This document shows, piece by piece, positions 4,451 through 4,524 of a DNA stretch of 4,524 nucleotides (within the stretch, counting starts at the first letter, position 1; each line of letters starts with the position of its first letter). The notes beneath the pieces are model-generated. The model made no database searches. It was not told the DNA's origin and worked only from the letters and a program-made list of their open reading frames with translations. Made by a program: the position numbers and the translations under genes. This DNA is from a virus (Duplodnaviria; Heunggongvirae; Uroviricota; Caudoviricetes): the IMG/VR virus record IMGVR_UViG_2778261639_000017. One strand, given 5' to 3'.

Positions 4451-4524
4451 ACCGCCCCGGGTTTCCTGGAGAGTGTTTTATCTGTGAACTCAGGCTGCCA
4501 GATCATCGTTTCCGATGGAAGCAT

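Noticed and set aside
4440-4524. Possible insertion-sequence end or other mobile-element boundary after the cII-like stop
   Set aside because: No inverted repeat or transposase fragment that I can recognise. The in-frame continuation beyond the TGA has weak CII-like character, so a point nonsense mutation is the simpler explanation.

Overview
This window reads as the immunity/early-regulatory region of a mosaic lambdoid prophage (enterobacterial type). Gene order is ral (-), a small acidic ORF (-), a sieB-like gene (+), N (-), nutL, pL/OL, an intrinsic terminator, a two-gene cassette of unknown function (-), cI (-), the OR/PRM/PR region, cro (+), nutR, and a short cII-like ORF (+). The CI C-terminal (LexA/S24-type autocleavage) domain matches lambda CI as I recall it, but the N-terminal DNA-binding domain is different, so the immunity specificity is not lambda's. 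The main point of interest is the slot where lambda carries rexA-rexB: here it holds two translationally coupled genes (185 aa and 250 aa) that I cannot assign to any family. They sit in the repressor operon of a prophage, which makes them a candidate lysogen-expressed anti-phage exclusion or defence module. All homology statements are from memory of lambda/P22 proteins; no database search was run.
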